From Candidatus Methylomirabilis sp. bin48 (GTDB taxonomy: Bacteria; Methylomirabilota; Methylomirabilia; Methylomirabilales; Methylomirabilaceae), in contig JANGEZ010000081.1 of the NCBI GenBank assembly GCA_031838355.1, positions 1 to 38,702 of the forward strand: a stretch of DNA of 38,702 bases, written 5' to 3'. How positions within the stretch are numbered: position 1 is the first letter of the stretch; each line of letters opens with the position of its first letter. Below the pieces are notes generated by a model, which saw only the letters and a list, made by a program, of their open reading frames with translations, searched no databases and was not told where the DNA came from. This document shows, piece by piece, positions 1 to 9,516 of this stretch. The position numbers were made by a program, and so were the translations under genes.

Positions 1-1
1 C

Positions 2-343
2 TACCGTTATTTCGATTGCACGGAAGAGGCGGAGTTTCTGTATGCATGCGTTGCACGCACCGTCGAGCACGATCTGCCGCGCGAGATCGACTATCTGCGC
101 CGTCACGACGAAGCGACCCGCCGGATCATGGACGCGGTCGAAATGCCGGACCGGGTTGCTGAAAACCTAGTACTGTTCATCAGGCAGAACAATGGCACTC
201 TGTCCAAGAAGCGCCGTGAGAGCGACTTCAAGAAGCTGCGCGAGAAGGAAGTGACTTTAATCGAAGGCATCGTTCACGAGGCCTTCGAGGGCTTCGATCA
301 GGGTTCCAGCCGTCATGGCATCGGGGCTGACACGAAGTCGTAG
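2..343 (+). CDS. C-terminal part of a probable Fic-family (cell filamentation) protein; 5' end outside the window
   Basis: The frame is open from base 2 (YRYFDCTEEAEFLYACVARTVEHDLPREIDYL...MPDRVAENLVLFIRQNNGTLSKKRR), which resembles the conserved C-terminal tail of long Fic-family proteins. The Fic motif itself is not in the window. Confidence 0.55.
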   Translation, partial: YRYFDCTEEAEFLYACVARTVEHDLPREIDYLRRHDEATRRIMDAVEMPDRVAENLVLFIRQNNGTLSKKRRESDFKKLREKEVTLIEGIVHEAFEGFDQGSSRHGIGADTKS

Positions 344-368
344 AGACCAACCTCATGGTAGTGACGAT

Positions 369-707
369 CTATCGACGTGGTTTTCCTGCTACGCGTATTT
401 TATGGGTTGGTGGGGATGGCTGCTTGGGCCCACGTCCTAAGATGAGCCAATCGAGAATCACCTTGTAGCACTTGGCGATGGTGGCGAGCGTATCCACCCG
501 AGGGAGTATGCCATTGAAATATCGCGAGATACCTCCTTGTCTGATTTTTAGTCGTAGCGCGATTGCTTCCTGAGTCTCGTCTGCAAACAGCAGGCGCAAA
601 CGCCTGGTGAACGCCTTGTGTTTGAAGCGTTGTGATTTGGACGATCGTAGGCGTGTATCGCCCTTTGGACGGCGAGTCTTGGTAGTTGGTTGTGAGCGGG
701 TAGGCAT
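369..707 (-). CDS. XRE/Cro-CI-type helix-turn-helix transcriptional regulator
   Basis: TQEAIALRLKIRQGGISRYFNG...PRVDTLATIA...LDWLILGRG is a typical XRE HTH. ATG at 707 has an AGGAG RBS. Confidence 0.8.
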   Translation of the reverse strand: MPTRSQPTTKTRRPKGDTRLRSSKSQRFKHKAFTRRLRLLFADETQEAIALRLKIRQGGISRYFNGILPRVDTLATIAKCYKVILDWLILGRGPKQPSPPTHKIRVAGKPRR

Positions 708-813
708 TGTGTAACTCCTACTATGAGGTTTGGTTGTCTCTTTGAGCGGCAGCAAGTTTCACCCACAACGATACAACGGAGGGCGCGAGGGAGAGCCACC
801 TTCCCCCACGCCG

Positions 814-1410
814 TTAATACAGAAACAGCCAATCGGCGAGCCGATTCCGAATATCGGGGCGCTGTTTCTCCGCCAGCACGCCCTTCCCTTCGAGGACGAT
901 CTCCGCGTCGGCGACCTGCGTTGACAGGATCGTGTTGTTCGAGGTGATATCCTCGGGGCGGACGACCCCGCTGATGGCCAGGTACTGGGTCTCGTCATTG
1001 GTCTGGATGGCCCTGCGCCCCTCGATGAGCAGGTTGCCACTCGGCAGCGCCTTGACCACCCGGGCCGCCACCTTGGCCGTCACCTCGTCGCTCCTGGTGA
1101 TAGAGCCAGATCCCTTGTGCTCGCTGCCGCCTTCGAAGGCGTTTTTCGTCCTCTCCCCCAATGGCAGACCGAAGAGGCTGGACAGATTGGCGGAGTTGGC
1201 GGACTCCTTCTTGGTGTTGGTTGCAGCCTGGCGATTGAGAGCGCTCGATTCCGTCACCAGGACCGTGACAATGTCGCCCACATGCCGAGCCTTGGCATCG
1301 ATGAAGAGGAACCCATGTCCGATATCCCGCCATAGCGACTCCCCGGAAGACTCCCCAACTAGCGCGAGAATCAGAAGTCCGCTCGCAGAGGCCGCGATCC
1401 ACTTGTTCAT
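814..1410 (-). CDS. flgH: Flagellar L-ring protein FlgH
   Basis: SLW...D.KAR.VGDIVTV.V.E, V..V..LPSGNL.IEG.R....NDE.Q...ISGVVRP.DI...NTI.STQVADA.I are FlgH signatures. There is an N-terminal signal peptide but no lipobox Cys. Confidence 0.9.
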   Translation of the reverse strand: MNKWIAASASGLLILALVGESSGESLWRDIGHGFLFIDAKARHVGDIVTVLVTESSALNRQAATNTKKESANSANLSSLFGLPLGERTKNAFEGGSEHKGSGSITRSDEVTAKVAARVVKALPSGNLLIEGRRAIQTNDETQYLAISGVVRPEDITSNNTILSTQVADAEIVLEGKGVLAEKQRPDIRNRLADWLFLY

Positions 1411-1455
1411 GCCGATTGCGACTCCCTTAGGCCATAGCCAGGGCTCGATGTTGTC

Positions 1456-1770
1456 TCATTTTACGTCCACCTCTCTCTGCACCACCTCGTACCCGCGTCC
1501 GATCATGCAGTCCGCGTAGGCCCTCACATACTCTCGATGAGCGTCGAACATAGCCCGTGTCACAATGACACTTTCCAACATCACGTCCGGGTCGTGCCCA
1601 GCTTCCTTTTCCGCCAACGTCCAACACTCTCCCCGATCGCGGAGCACCTGTTCTGCTGGCTGCTTGTGCTGCGGAGCGACATTCACCTCTGGCCACGTCG
1701 CGGGCCACATCGTAGTACAGCCGGTGAGCGCTAACACTGTCGTGATCGATACTACACTCGAACTCTTCAT
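1456..1770 (-). CDS. Small lipoprotein, unknown function
   Basis: AAGGAGGT RBS before ATG 1770; lipobox LALTGC; paired-Cys pattern DRGEC...YADCMIGRGY. Confidence 0.7.
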   Translation of the reverse strand: MKSSSVVSITTVLALTGCTTMWPATWPEVNVAPQHKQPAEQVLRDRGECWTLAEKEAGHDPDVMLESVIVTRAMFDAHREYVRAYADCMIGRGYEVVQREVDVK

Positions 1771-1834
1771 TCTGTACCTCCTTGTCTTGTGAATGCCCAC
1801 CACAGAGCACACTAGAGAAAGAATGGGAGTCACC

Positions 1835-2188
1835 TTACACCTCGGCCTTGAACAGCAAGCCAAAGAGGTCCCGCATGGCGGCCCCAAGCTTCCTCATCTC
1901 CTCCGACGGGACCTCTCTCAGGACCTCGTCCGTGTCCCGGTCGATGACCTTGATGGTGACGCTGTGAGTCTCGCGGTCGATGACGTAGGTGAGCCCAATA
2001 TTGCTGTGCGCGCTGAGATCCTCCAGCAGCTTCCTCAGATCGGGGAGGGCGACCTCCGCCGCTGTGCTCTCCGATCCGGTCGGCAGTCGCCTGGCTCCTC
2101 CCGGCGGTAACGGGATGCCGGCCTTGCCTCCAGATACTCCTACCCCAGCCTCTATCGACGTGGTCTCGTGACTGATCTCTGCCATCAC
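1835..2188 (-). CDS. flaG: Flagellar protein FlaG
   Basis: C-terminal L.Y.IDRET..V.IKVID.DT.EVLREVPSEEM..L...M....GLLF is the FlaG signature. Confidence 0.88.
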   Translation of the reverse strand: MMAEISHETTSIEAGVGVSGGKAGIPLPPGGARRLPTGSESTAAEVALPDLRKLLEDLSAHSNIGLTYVIDRETHSVTIKVIDRDTDEVLREVPSEEMRKLGAAMRDLFGLLFKAEV

Positions 2189-2222
2189 CTTCCCCCTTTT
2201 TCAGGTTCGCGTTGGCTACAAA

Positions 2223-2705
2223 TTAATCCGGCTGCAACAGCCCGCCATCGATCACCCTGGCGTCTGTCGGCAGACGCGGGACGAGCGAGTGAATCTCAGC
2301 GTCGAGCGTGTCCGCCTTGCTGACGTCCGGGCACTCCCCCGGGCCCATGATCTTCCGGGCGCGCTCCTCGATGCGCGTCATGAGCCCTCGGAGCGTCGCC
2401 AGCGCCTGACGAGCCGAGGGATCGGCCATGACCCACGAGTTCCGCGTCAATAGCTGCAGATGCCACTTCATGGCGACCAGACCCCTCGCGCTTGCGTCCA
2501 CGACATCGACGAGTCGCAGCGAGAGCTGCTCGGTCGTCTGAAGGTGAAGCATCGTCTGGTTGAGATAGTGCGCGAGTTGGCCGAGCTCGCCCTCGGCCTC
2601 GATCGGCACGAAGTGCTGACAGTCCCCCTCGGCCAGGCGCCGAGCCGCCTCGATGGGTGCAGAGAGATCCTGAGCCTGGTCCTGCGTGCGTAGCTGTGCG
2701 TCCAA
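2223..2705 (-). CDS. Degenerate CheZ-like helical protein
   Basis: GELGQLAHYLNQT (HAMP-like), TEQLSLRLVDVVD and IMGPGECPDVS loosely follow the CheZ pattern TE.AT..I.D...IM.A..FQDLT.Q, but the catalytic Gln is absent. GAGGAGGA RBS before a TTG start. Confidence 0.45.
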   Translation of the reverse strand: MDAQLRTQDQAQDLSAPIEAARRLAEGDCQHFVPIEAEGELGQLAHYLNQTMLHLQTTEQLSLRLVDVVDASARGLVAMKWHLQLLTRNSWVMADPSARQALATLRGLMTRIEERARKIMGPGECPDVSKADTLDAEIHSLVPRLPTDARVIDGGLLQPD

Positions 2706-2720
2706 AGCATCCTCCTCTCG

Positions 2721-3404
2721 TTACGTGTGTATCAGTACGTGTACTTCCACCCGGCGATTGCGCGGATTGCCCTGCACCGGGTCGTTGGGTTCCAGAGGCT
2801 GGGTATCCGCCAGCCCCCGGGCTGACAGCCGCGCCGGGGGAAATCGATGGGCCTCTACCAGATACCGGATCACCGCCGTGGCGCGCCCCACCGAGAGGTC
2901 CCAGTTGCTCGGGAAGCTGGGTGACCGGATCGGGAGCGTGTCGGTGTGCCCCTCGACCTCGATGGCGTTCGGGAGAGTGAGCAGGGCAGGGGCGACCGTG
3001 TCCAGGATCCTCTTGGCCTCGCTGGAGAGGGTCGCGTTACCCACGTCAAAGAGGACGGCGCCCTGTAGGCGGAGGACGACCCCCGTGTCGGTTTGCTCGA
3101 TCTCCACGCTGCCCGCCGTGATCTCTTCCTCCAGGTGTGCGCTTAACTGCTGCGCCAGCCTGCCCACCATGTCCGGGAACGGCAGCAGCGTCTCTCCACC
3201 ATCCCCCACTCGTACAATCGGTCGCGGCGACAGCGGGACGCCAAAGGCGACTCTGATCGATGAGACCGTATCGGTGTACTTCTTGGCGTCCGTCTTGGAC
3301 GACGCATACAGGATGATAAAGAAGACCAGGAGCAGGGTGATCATGTCCGCATAGGTCAGCAGCCACCGCAGCCCTCCGCCTCCATCATGCCCGTGTCCTG
3401 CCAT
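2721..3404 (-). CDS. motB: Flagellar stator protein MotB (OmpA-like peptidoglycan-binding domain)
   Basis: WLLTYADMITLLLVFFIILY membrane segment with the conserved Asp; VEGHTD...SNWDLS..RA..V...L...NRRVE OmpA/MotB domain. Confidence 0.93.
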   Translation of the reverse strand: MAGHGHDGGGGLRWLLTYADMITLLLVFFIILYASSKTDAKKYTDTVSSIRVAFGVPLSPRPIVRVGDGGETLLPFPDMVGRLAQQLSAHLEEEITAGSVEIEQTDTGVVLRLQGAVLFDVGNATLSSEAKRILDTVAPALLTLPNAIEVEGHTDTLPIRSPSFPSNWDLSVGRATAVIRYLVEAHRFPPARLSARGLADTQPLEPNDPVQGNPRNRRVEVHVLIHT

Positions 3405-3428
3405 CGTGTCCTCCTCGTCTCTTTGCCC

Positions 3429-3902
3429 TCAGAGCACGTTCCGAATGCCCTCGCTGAATGGGGAGGCCTCGAACGCGTAGCGGAGATGCGAGTCAAGACT
3501 GATGACGGTCATCGCGCCGTCAGGGTGGACCGCCAGCAGCTCGCCGCGAAGGTCTGCGAGCGTTTCCAGAAGGTTGACGTGGAGCTCTGTGACGTTCGTG
3601 AGGTCCACGACGATCGCCTTCTTGCCAGCTCCGCTCATGACGCTGATCTTCCGTCGCATGTCGTGCATTTTCTCAAGGGTCGCCGTGCCTGGCGGCCAGA
3701 CGTAGAGCCCGACGGCGCTCCAGTCGGAGAATTGGAGGGGTTGCTTCTCGCACTTCTGGTGCTCCGCCCCGTTGAGCATGAGCCAGGTCCCCCGAAAGGC
3801 ACACGGGCCCTCATAGACACAGTATCGCCCGCGCGAGTACGGTCTGGCATACATGCAGCGCTCGGTCAGCGTAGCTTCGATGTGGTCGGCCGCGTGTGGC
3901 AT
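3429..3902 (-). CDS. Hypothetical protein with degenerate C-terminal STAS-like (anti-anti-sigma) domain
   Basis: IVVDLTNVTELHVNLLETLADLRGEL...MTVISLDSHLRYAFEASPF follows the STAS pattern but lacks the DSSG phospho-Ser. GAGGAG RBS before ATG 3902. Confidence 0.45.
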   Translation of the reverse strand: MPHAADHIEATLTERCMYARPYSRGRYCVYEGPCAFRGTWLMLNGAEHQKCEKQPLQFSDWSAVGLYVWPPGTATLEKMHDMRRKISVMSGAGKKAIVVDLTNVTELHVNLLETLADLRGELLAVHPDGAMTVISLDSHLRYAFEASPFSEGIRNVL

Positions 3903-3924
3903 GATGTCGCTCCTCCTCGCAGAC

Positions 3925-4899
3925 TCAGCTGCCTGGTGGCCGGAAACCGTAGCGCTCCGGGTTCGCGGCAATGATCGTCATCGCCATAACGGCCGGGACG
4001 TACCGCCTAGTCTCCTCCGGGAGCCGTAGCGCCCAGACATCCCGCGTTCGCTGCCGGTCGATGGCCCGCTGCACGCACTGCTCGCCACAGTTGTACGCGG
4101 CCATAGCGAGGGGCCAGGACCGAAATTGGCGGTGCAGGTCCCTGAGGTAGTGGGCTGCCGCTCGAGTTGATTTGATGGGATGGCGGCGATCGTCGATTCG
4201 CCGTGTCACAGCGAGTCCGTAGCGCCTGGCGGTGGGTTCGATGAACTGCCAGATGCCGACCGCCTGGCGCGGTGACACTGCCTGCGGATTCCAGCCCGAC
4301 TCGATATGGGCCATGTTGACGAGCTCTGGCGGCACCCCATGGGCTGTGAACATCGCCTTGGCGAACGGCAGGTAGCGGCCCGCTCGATCGAAGCCCTGCT
4401 GGATGACGTCGCGTCGATGGCGGGTCATGTGGGCCACGTAGGCCTGCACAGAGCGGTTGACAGGAATGCGCAGGCCTGGAAGGGCGGATGTATCCGGGAG
4501 CGTGGCGTCGTCACGCTCGTCGGGTTCCCCGAGGTCCGGAGGCGGGTCGTCCTGCGCGTCTGCCGGGGCCAGCGCGTCGTAGAGCAGGGAGAGCCGATCG
4601 ACCAGGTCATAGTATTGGTCCGATCGCCGTGGCGATATACGCCCGATGAGAGCCATGGCCTCGTCGAGTTCGATGCGGGCGGCCGTCAGCGCACCGCGAT
4701 GGGCCAGGGCGAGGCCGATGTTCGCGTGGCGTACGGCGGTGTCGAGCGCCTCCTGCGGGCGCTCGGCTGCCCCGGCGATGTGAGCTTCGCTCCCCTTCGG
4801 GTGATCTGCGCTCCCCTTCGCGTGAGCTTCGCTCCACTGCGTGCGGGGGAGCGCGAGCAGAGCGATGACGACGACCACACGACTGGCTCTACGCTGCAT
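3925..4899 (-). CDS. Lytic transglycosylase (SLT domain, MltD-like)
   Basis: IESGWNPQAVS...AVGIWQFI..TA..YGL...D.R..P..ST.AA..YL..L...F.SW.LA.AAYN.G...LP.ET..YVP motifs; signal-like N-terminus from ATG 4899. Confidence 0.92.
   Translation of the reverse strand: MQRRASRVVVVIALLALPRTQWSEAHAKGSADHPKGSEAHIAGAAERPQEALDTAVRHANIGLALAHRGALTAARIELDEAMALIGRISPRRSDQYYDLVDRLSLLYDALAPADAQDDPPPDLGEPDERDDATLPDTSALPGLRIPVNRSVQAYVAHMTRHRRDVIQQGFDRAGRYLPFAKAMFTAHGVPPELVNMAHIESGWNPQAVSPRQAVGIWQFIEPTARRYGLAVTRRIDDRRHPIKSTRAAAHYLRDLHRQFRSWPLAMAAYNCGEQCVQRAIDRQRTRDVWALRLPEETRRYVPAVMAMTIIAANPERYGFRPPGS
4780..4835. repeat. Tandem array of a 21-nt unit (about 2.7 copies) inside the transglycosylase gene
   Basis: gtgagcttcgctccccttcgg / gtgatctgcgctccccttcgc / gtgagcttcgctcc. 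Confidence 0.85.
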
Positions 4900-6301
4900 G
4901 GACAGGGGCCATGGACATGGAAAGTTCTCGACCAATGATCGGCAAAGTGTGGCTCTCTTCTCGATAGTCCCGCAGCTTATTTCGAATCGTCCGTACGCTA
5001 ATGCCAAGCATCTCCGCTGCCTGTTTTTGATGGCCGCCGACCGTGGCGAGCGTCTCCAGAATCAGCTGCTTCTCCATCGCGTAGACGGATCTGCCGGCTG
5101 TTCCATGGGTCTGCTGCGTCTGTGTGATCTCCGATCCCCTTCGGGTGGCGCTGGTTAACTCACTGAGCGTGTCCAGCCTCAGATCGTCAGGTTCTAGACA
5201 CGTCCGGTCGCACAGCAGGATCGACCGATGGAGGCAGCTCTCCAGCTCGCGCACGTTGCCCGGCCACGACCAGTCCTGCAGTCGCCTGATCGCCGCTGGC
5301 GAGATCACTTGTACCGGGCTGCCCGTGGCGCTCGCATAGCGCGTCAGGAAATGCTGGGCGAGTAGCGGGATGTCGACTGTCCGCTCGCGAAGAGGCGGTA
5401 GGGTCAGCGGAACGACCGCCAGCCGGTAGTAGAGATCCTGGCGAAACCGGCCCTGACGCATCTCATCCTTGAGATCTCGATTAGTGGTCGCCACGACGCG
5501 AATATCGATCTCGACCGGCCGGGAGCCGCCAATTCGGTCGATGGTCCGTTCTTGCAGCGCCCGGAGGAGTTTCGCCTGTAGCATCACCGGCATCTCACTG
5601 ATCTCATCGAGCAGCAGCGTACCGCCATCAGCCGCCTCGAACTTCCCCACGCGACGAGTGTTTGCGCCCGTGAAGGCGCCTTTCTCGTAACCGAACAGCT
5701 CACTCTCCAAGAGCGTCTCGGGGATTGCCGCGCAGTTGATCGCAACAAAGGGGCCCTGGCGTCTCCCGCTCCAGAGATGGGCCTGACGGGCGAAGAGTTC
5801 CTTGCCTGTGCCGCTCTCACCCTGGAGCAGGATCGACGCCGAGTCATTCGCCACTCGCTTGAGCGAGTTGAGCAGATTGAGGATCTGGGGGTCACGGCTG
5901 ACGATGGTCGATGCTGGGCCGACGGCTGGAGGAGCCGTCTCAGCCCCCAGCGCCCGCTCCAGGATCGCTTCGACCTGTTTCGCGGAAAACGGCTTCATGA
6001 GGAAGTCAAAGGCTCCCGCCTTCATCGCCTCGACGGCCGTCTGCACCGATCCGTACGCCGTGATCAAGACAACACGGGGAGGAGGCTCGATCGCCGTGAT
6101 CTGCTTGAGGAGCTCCAGCCCATCCATCCTGGGCATTCGGATATCCGCGAAGATCAGCGGGGTAGGAGATCGCTTGAATTGCAGCAGCGCATCCTCTCCA
6201 TCACAGGCCATGATGCTGTCAAACCCCTTCCGCCGGATCGTCTCCGAGAGGGCGATCCGCACCAATGGCTCATCGTCCACGACCAGGACACGAGGCTTCA
6301 T
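4889..6301 (-). CDS. Sigma54-dependent response regulator, FleR/FlrC/FlgR-like (REC-AAA-HTH)
   Basis: Intact REC (VVDDE, ADIRMP), Walker A GESGTGKE, ESELFGYEKGAFTGA, LLDEI, DLYYRL; the HTH GISVRTIRNKL is typical of flagellar enhancer-binding proteins. Confidence 0.92.
   Translation of the reverse strand: MKPRVLVVDDEPLVRIALSETIRRKGFDSIMACDGEDALLQFKRSPTPLIFADIRMPRMDGLELLKQITAIEPPPRVVLITAYGSVQTAVEAMKAGAFDFLMKPFSAKQVEAILERALGAETAPPAVGPASTIVSRDPQILNLLNSLKRVANDSASILLQGESGTGKELFARQAHLWSGRRQGPFVAINCAAIPETLLESELFGYEKGAFTGANTRRVGKFEAADGGTLLLDEISEMPVMLQAKLLRALQERTIDRIGGSRPVEIDIRVVATTNRDLKDEMRQGRFRQDLYYRLAVVPLTLPPLRERTVDIPLLAQHFLTRYASATGSPVQVISPAAIRRLQDWSWPGNVRELESCLHRSILLCDRTCLEPDDLRLDTLSELTSATRRGSEITQTQQTHGTAGRSVYAMEKQLILETLATVGGHQKQAAEMLGISVRTIRNKLRDYREESHTLPIIGRELSMSMAPVHAA
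5125..5147. repeat. 23-nt motif identical to 6357-6379 and related to the 21-nt unit at 4780-4835
   Basis: tgatctccgatccccttcgggtg. Confidence 0.85.
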
Positions 6302-6303
6302 CG

Positions 6304-8070
6304 CTAAAACTCCTCATAGGCATCGGCCGTCTGGACGACCGCCACGCGAGAGCCGATGATCTCCGATCCCCTTCGGGTGCTGTTGTGCTGACCCCGAACT
6401 GACACCGGATGGCGCGATAATCTTCCAGATGCTGTCGCTGTCGCGAGACGTGGCGCCTGCCGCGCCTGTATACGGGGCCGGTCTGCCGCCATGCGAGCCA
6501 GCCGCTGCGGCTTTTGCTCCAGGGTGAACTGCCCGACGAGGGCCGACAGCTCCTCCGCCTGGGCGGCAAGGGCCTGGGCGGTGGAGGAGAGCCCCTCAGT
6601 GTGGGCGGCGTTCTGTTGGGTGATGCTGTCCATCTGAGTCGCAGCCGCATTCATCTGCTCGATCCCCTGGGCCTGCTCCCGGGAGGCCGCACTGATCTCG
6701 GCGATCAGGTCGGCCACCTGCTTGACGGAGGCGACGATCTCAGCCAGGATCTCGCCGGACTTCGTGACCTGATGCGCCCCATCCTCGACTGTTGCTACGG
6801 AGTTCGTGATGAGGGCTTTGATCTCCTTCGAGGCGGCAGCCGACCGCTGGGCCAGGGCCCGGACTTCCGAAGCGACGACCGCAAAGCCGCGTCCCTGCTC
6901 CCCGGCTCTGGCGGCTTCCACGGCGGCATTCAGGGCCAGGATGTTGATCTGGAAAGCGATCTCGTCAACCATCGTGATGATCTCGCTGATCTGCTTGGAG
7001 GACTGAGTGATCGCCTCCATGGAGGAGATCGCAGCGTTCACCACCGCATCGCCTTTCTCTGCCTCGCCCCGCGCTGAGATCGCGAGCTGGTTCGCCAGCC
7101 GGGCGTGCTCCGCGTTCTGCTTCACGGTGCAGGTCATCTGCTCCAGTGAGGCCGCCGTCTCCTCGAGGGAGGCCGCCTGCTCCTGAGCGCCGGAGGAGAG
7201 CTGCTCGCTGCCAGCGGCCAGTTGCTCGGACGCGCTCGCAGTCTGGTCGGCAGCTTGCTTCACTTGGGCGATGAGGCTGTGGAGCGTGTCCATGACGCAG
7301 TTGAACCAGCGGGCCAACTCGCCCACTTCGTCCGTGGTCGTCGCGTCCAGACGCTGCGTAAGATCGCCCTCGCCCTGGGCCATGTCCCGGAGGAGCGCCA
7401 CGGCCTGGCGGAGCGGCCGCACCGTGAGGGTCGTGATGAGATAGCCCAGAGCCAGGCTGACAGCGAGGCCGACAACGAGGAAAGCCAGCATCACGGCACG
7501 GGAGTGGGCGTAGGTTGCCTGGGCCGCGTCGTAGCGCTCTCTGGCATGTGCGTCCTTGAGGTCGATCATCGCGTTGACCGCGGCCACGGCAGCCTGATAG
7601 CGCACTCGCCCTACATTGAGCACGAGCGTGTAGGCCATCTCCTTCTTGCCCTGACTGCTTGCGGGAAGGAACTCGGTCGTGAAGTAGGTCTGATAGGCGG
7701 CTACCACGCCTCTGAGCTGGCCCAGCGCCTCCCGCTCGTCCGTTGGCAGTTCTTCCTTCTCGACCCGTGCGATCCGCCCCTCAATGTCGCCGAAGCGGGT
7801 CCGAATCTCTGTCGCGAGTTGCGTCATGTTGTCGGTATTGCGCTCAATGGCGTGCTGGAGGATGAACCCACGAATCTGATAGATCCGTCCCCGAGCCTCG
7901 GCCAGCACCTTAAGGCCGAGCAGATGGCGCTCATAGATCTCCAGCGACCCCGCGTTGATCTGACGCATACTGCTGATGCCGACATAGCCGATGCCAGTCA
8001 TGCTCGCCCCGAGCGCGGCACACAAGATGATGAGCTTCGTTGCCATCGCGCGATTCCGGAACCACTGCAT
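6304..8070 (-). CDS. Methyl-accepting chemotaxis protein (periplasmic four-helix sensor, HAMP, signalling domain)
   Basis: Two membrane helices, HAMP GDLTQRL...DEVGELA, hairpin tip [41 protein letters not shown]-terminal pentapeptide AYEEF. ATG 8070 has a GGAGGG RBS. Confidence 0.95.
   Translation of the reverse strand: MQWFRNRAMATKLIILCAALGASMTGIGYVGISSMRQINAGSLEIYERHLLGLKVLAEARGRIYQIRGFILQHAIERNTDNMTQLATEIRTRFGDIEGRIARVEKEELPTDEREALGQLRGVVAAYQTYFTTEFLPASSQGKKEMAYTLVLNVGRVRYQAAVAAVNAMIDLKDAHARERYDAAQATYAHSRAVMLAFLVVGLAVSLALGYLITTLTVRPLRQAVALLRDMAQGEGDLTQRLDATTTDEVGELARWFNCVMDTLHSLIAQVKQAADQTASASEQLAAGSEQLSSGAQEQAASLEETAASLEQMTCTVKQNAEHARLANQLAISARGEAEKGDAVVNAAISSMEAITQSSKQISEIITMVDEIAFQINILALNAAVEAARAGEQGRGFAVVASEVRALAQRSAAASKEIKALITNSVATVEDGAHQVTKSGEILAEIVASVKQVADLIAEISAASREQAQGIEQMNAAATQMDSITQQNAAHTEGLSSTAQALAAQAEELSALVGQFTLEQKPQRLARMAADRPRIQARQAPRLATATASGRLSRHPVSVRGQHNSTRRGSEIIGSRVAVVQTADAYEEF
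6357..6379. repeat. 23-nt motif identical to 5125-5147
   Basis: tgatctccgatccccttcgggtg. Confidence 0.85.
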
Positions 8071-8143
8071 GGTCTTTCCCTCCAGTGTGATGAACCTGCT
8101 GTCTCTGACGCGAGTGACACTTGTGAGAAGACGCGTCACGTAA

Positions 8144-8875
8144 TCAGGTGATTGCCCCAAGGGCCGTACTGGAGCGAGCGATCGACAGCCATCCCCATTG
8201 ATGGTGATGACTGGAGGACTCTCTACGCCCCTGTATTAGACTCTCGACGAGTCTGCGTACCGCGATGCGAGTCGCACGCTCAAACGACCATCCCGCCGTA
8301 CCGGCGCTTCCCGGAGCGATCTTTCCGGCCCACAGCACAACCCCAGACGGCAGGGCGATGAGTCTGGCCTCCACCCCAACTCTTGTCACCCTGGTCGTTC
8401 CCTCCCAATGCTGATCAACGCCGTACACATTGACCACCAGGGCCCGTCTCACCCCCAGGGCCGTCCAATCGACTGTTGATCGGTTCGACTCTGTGTCTTG
8501 GATAGACACCCCTTCCTGGAGCCACGATAGCGACGTATCCCATCCACGAGCGCGAGCCTCCTCCCGCACCCAGTCCAGACCTCGGATGTCCATGCCGGCG
8601 TGCGACAGCTCAAGGATGAACAATCTGGCGACCGCCTCAACTAACGGCCGATCCTCCGTAGGCGCTCGCGCCGGGATCACCACGGTTCGGCCTTCCCTGG
8701 TGATGACGACCGGCTGGAGCGTGGGGGGAGCAGCCGGACCCGCGCACCCGCCGACCAGCAGACCCAGGCTGACGAACCCCACCAGCACCAGCTTACGCAG
8801 GTCGTCCCGCTGGAGGCTGGCTCCCATCCGGAGGATACGAGTCATCACGTCACATCTCCTGGATAGGTGACTCAT
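8144..8875 (-). CDS. Hypothetical lipoprotein
   Basis: Hydrophobic stretch plus lipobox LVGGC; [19 protein letters not shown] beta-strand pattern. ATG 8875 overlaps the fliH stop (ATGA); the true start may be further downstream. Confidence 0.6.
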   Translation of the reverse strand: MSHLSRRCDVMTRILRMGASLQRDDLRKLVLVGFVSLGLLVGGCAGPAAPPTLQPVVITREGRTVVIPARAPTEDRPLVEAVARLFILELSHAGMDIRGLDWVREEARARGWDTSLSWLQEGVSIQDTESNRSTVDWTALGVRRALVVNVYGVDQHWEGTTRVTRVGVEARLIALPSGVVLWAGKIAPGSAGTAGWSFERATRIAVRRLVESLIQGRRESSSHHHQWGWLSIARSSTALGAIT

Positions 8876-9516
8876 GCGTTCTGGTTTCTCCCGAGGAGGC
8901 GGGCCGCCTCCTGGAGTTGGCTCTCCAGGCGCACGTCGACGAGACCGGTCTCGACCTCTATCAGACATCCGCCGAAGGAGATCGCGGGATCCGAGACGAG
9001 CCGCGCCGACTCCAGCGAGTCCAGCAAGTCCCCTCGATGCTCCGCCAGCAGTTCGTAGTCGCCAGGATTGACCCGGATGGCCATGACCTTTCGGCTTCCA
9101 GCGGCCTCCAGGGCGGTCTTGACAATGAGGACCATCGCGTCCGGACGCGCCTCGATCTCAGACTGCACCACCTGCTTGGCGACCGCAATGGCGAGCTCGA
9201 TCAACTCGCCCTCTGTTTGTGTGGCGACGGCCTGGTGAGCTGCCGCGACCTGCCGGCAGGCCTCCCGCAGCAGGGCATCGAGCTGCTCGATCTGACGCCG
9301 CATGTCGCCGATCGCTTCGGTGTGGCCCCTTGTGAAGCCCTCCCGATGGGCCTCTCGCTCGATCTGCTGCGTGCTCTCACGGGCAGATAGCACAATCGCC
9401 TCGGCCTCACGCTCAGCGGCCAGGATCGACTCATAGCCCGATACGGCCGCATGGGGGAGCTCCTCAAAGGAGGCTGACGCCCAGCCGTCCTCTCCGTTCG
9501 TGACGATTTTAGTCAA
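8872..9516 (-). CDS. fliH: Flagellar assembly protein FliH
   Basis: AHREGFTRG (AxxxGxxxG), LIELAIAVAKQVV, IRVNPGD, DPAISFGGCLIE.ETG.VD. TTG start at 9516 with a GGAGGAG RBS, overlapping the fliG stop. Confidence 0.88.
   Translation of the reverse strand: MTKIVTNGEDGWASASFEELPHAAVSGYESILAAEREAEAIVLSARESTQQIEREAHREGFTRGHTEAIGDMRRQIEQLDALLREACRQVAAAHQAVATQTEGELIELAIAVAKQVVQSEIEARPDAMVLIVKTALEAAGSRKVMAIRVNPGDYELLAEHRGDLLDSLESARLVSDPAISFGGCLIEVETGLVDVRLESQLQEAARLLGRNQNA

Noticed and set aside
4780-4835. 21-nt tandem repeat as a mini-CRISPR
   Set aside because: No unique spacers, and it lies in frame inside a coding gene.
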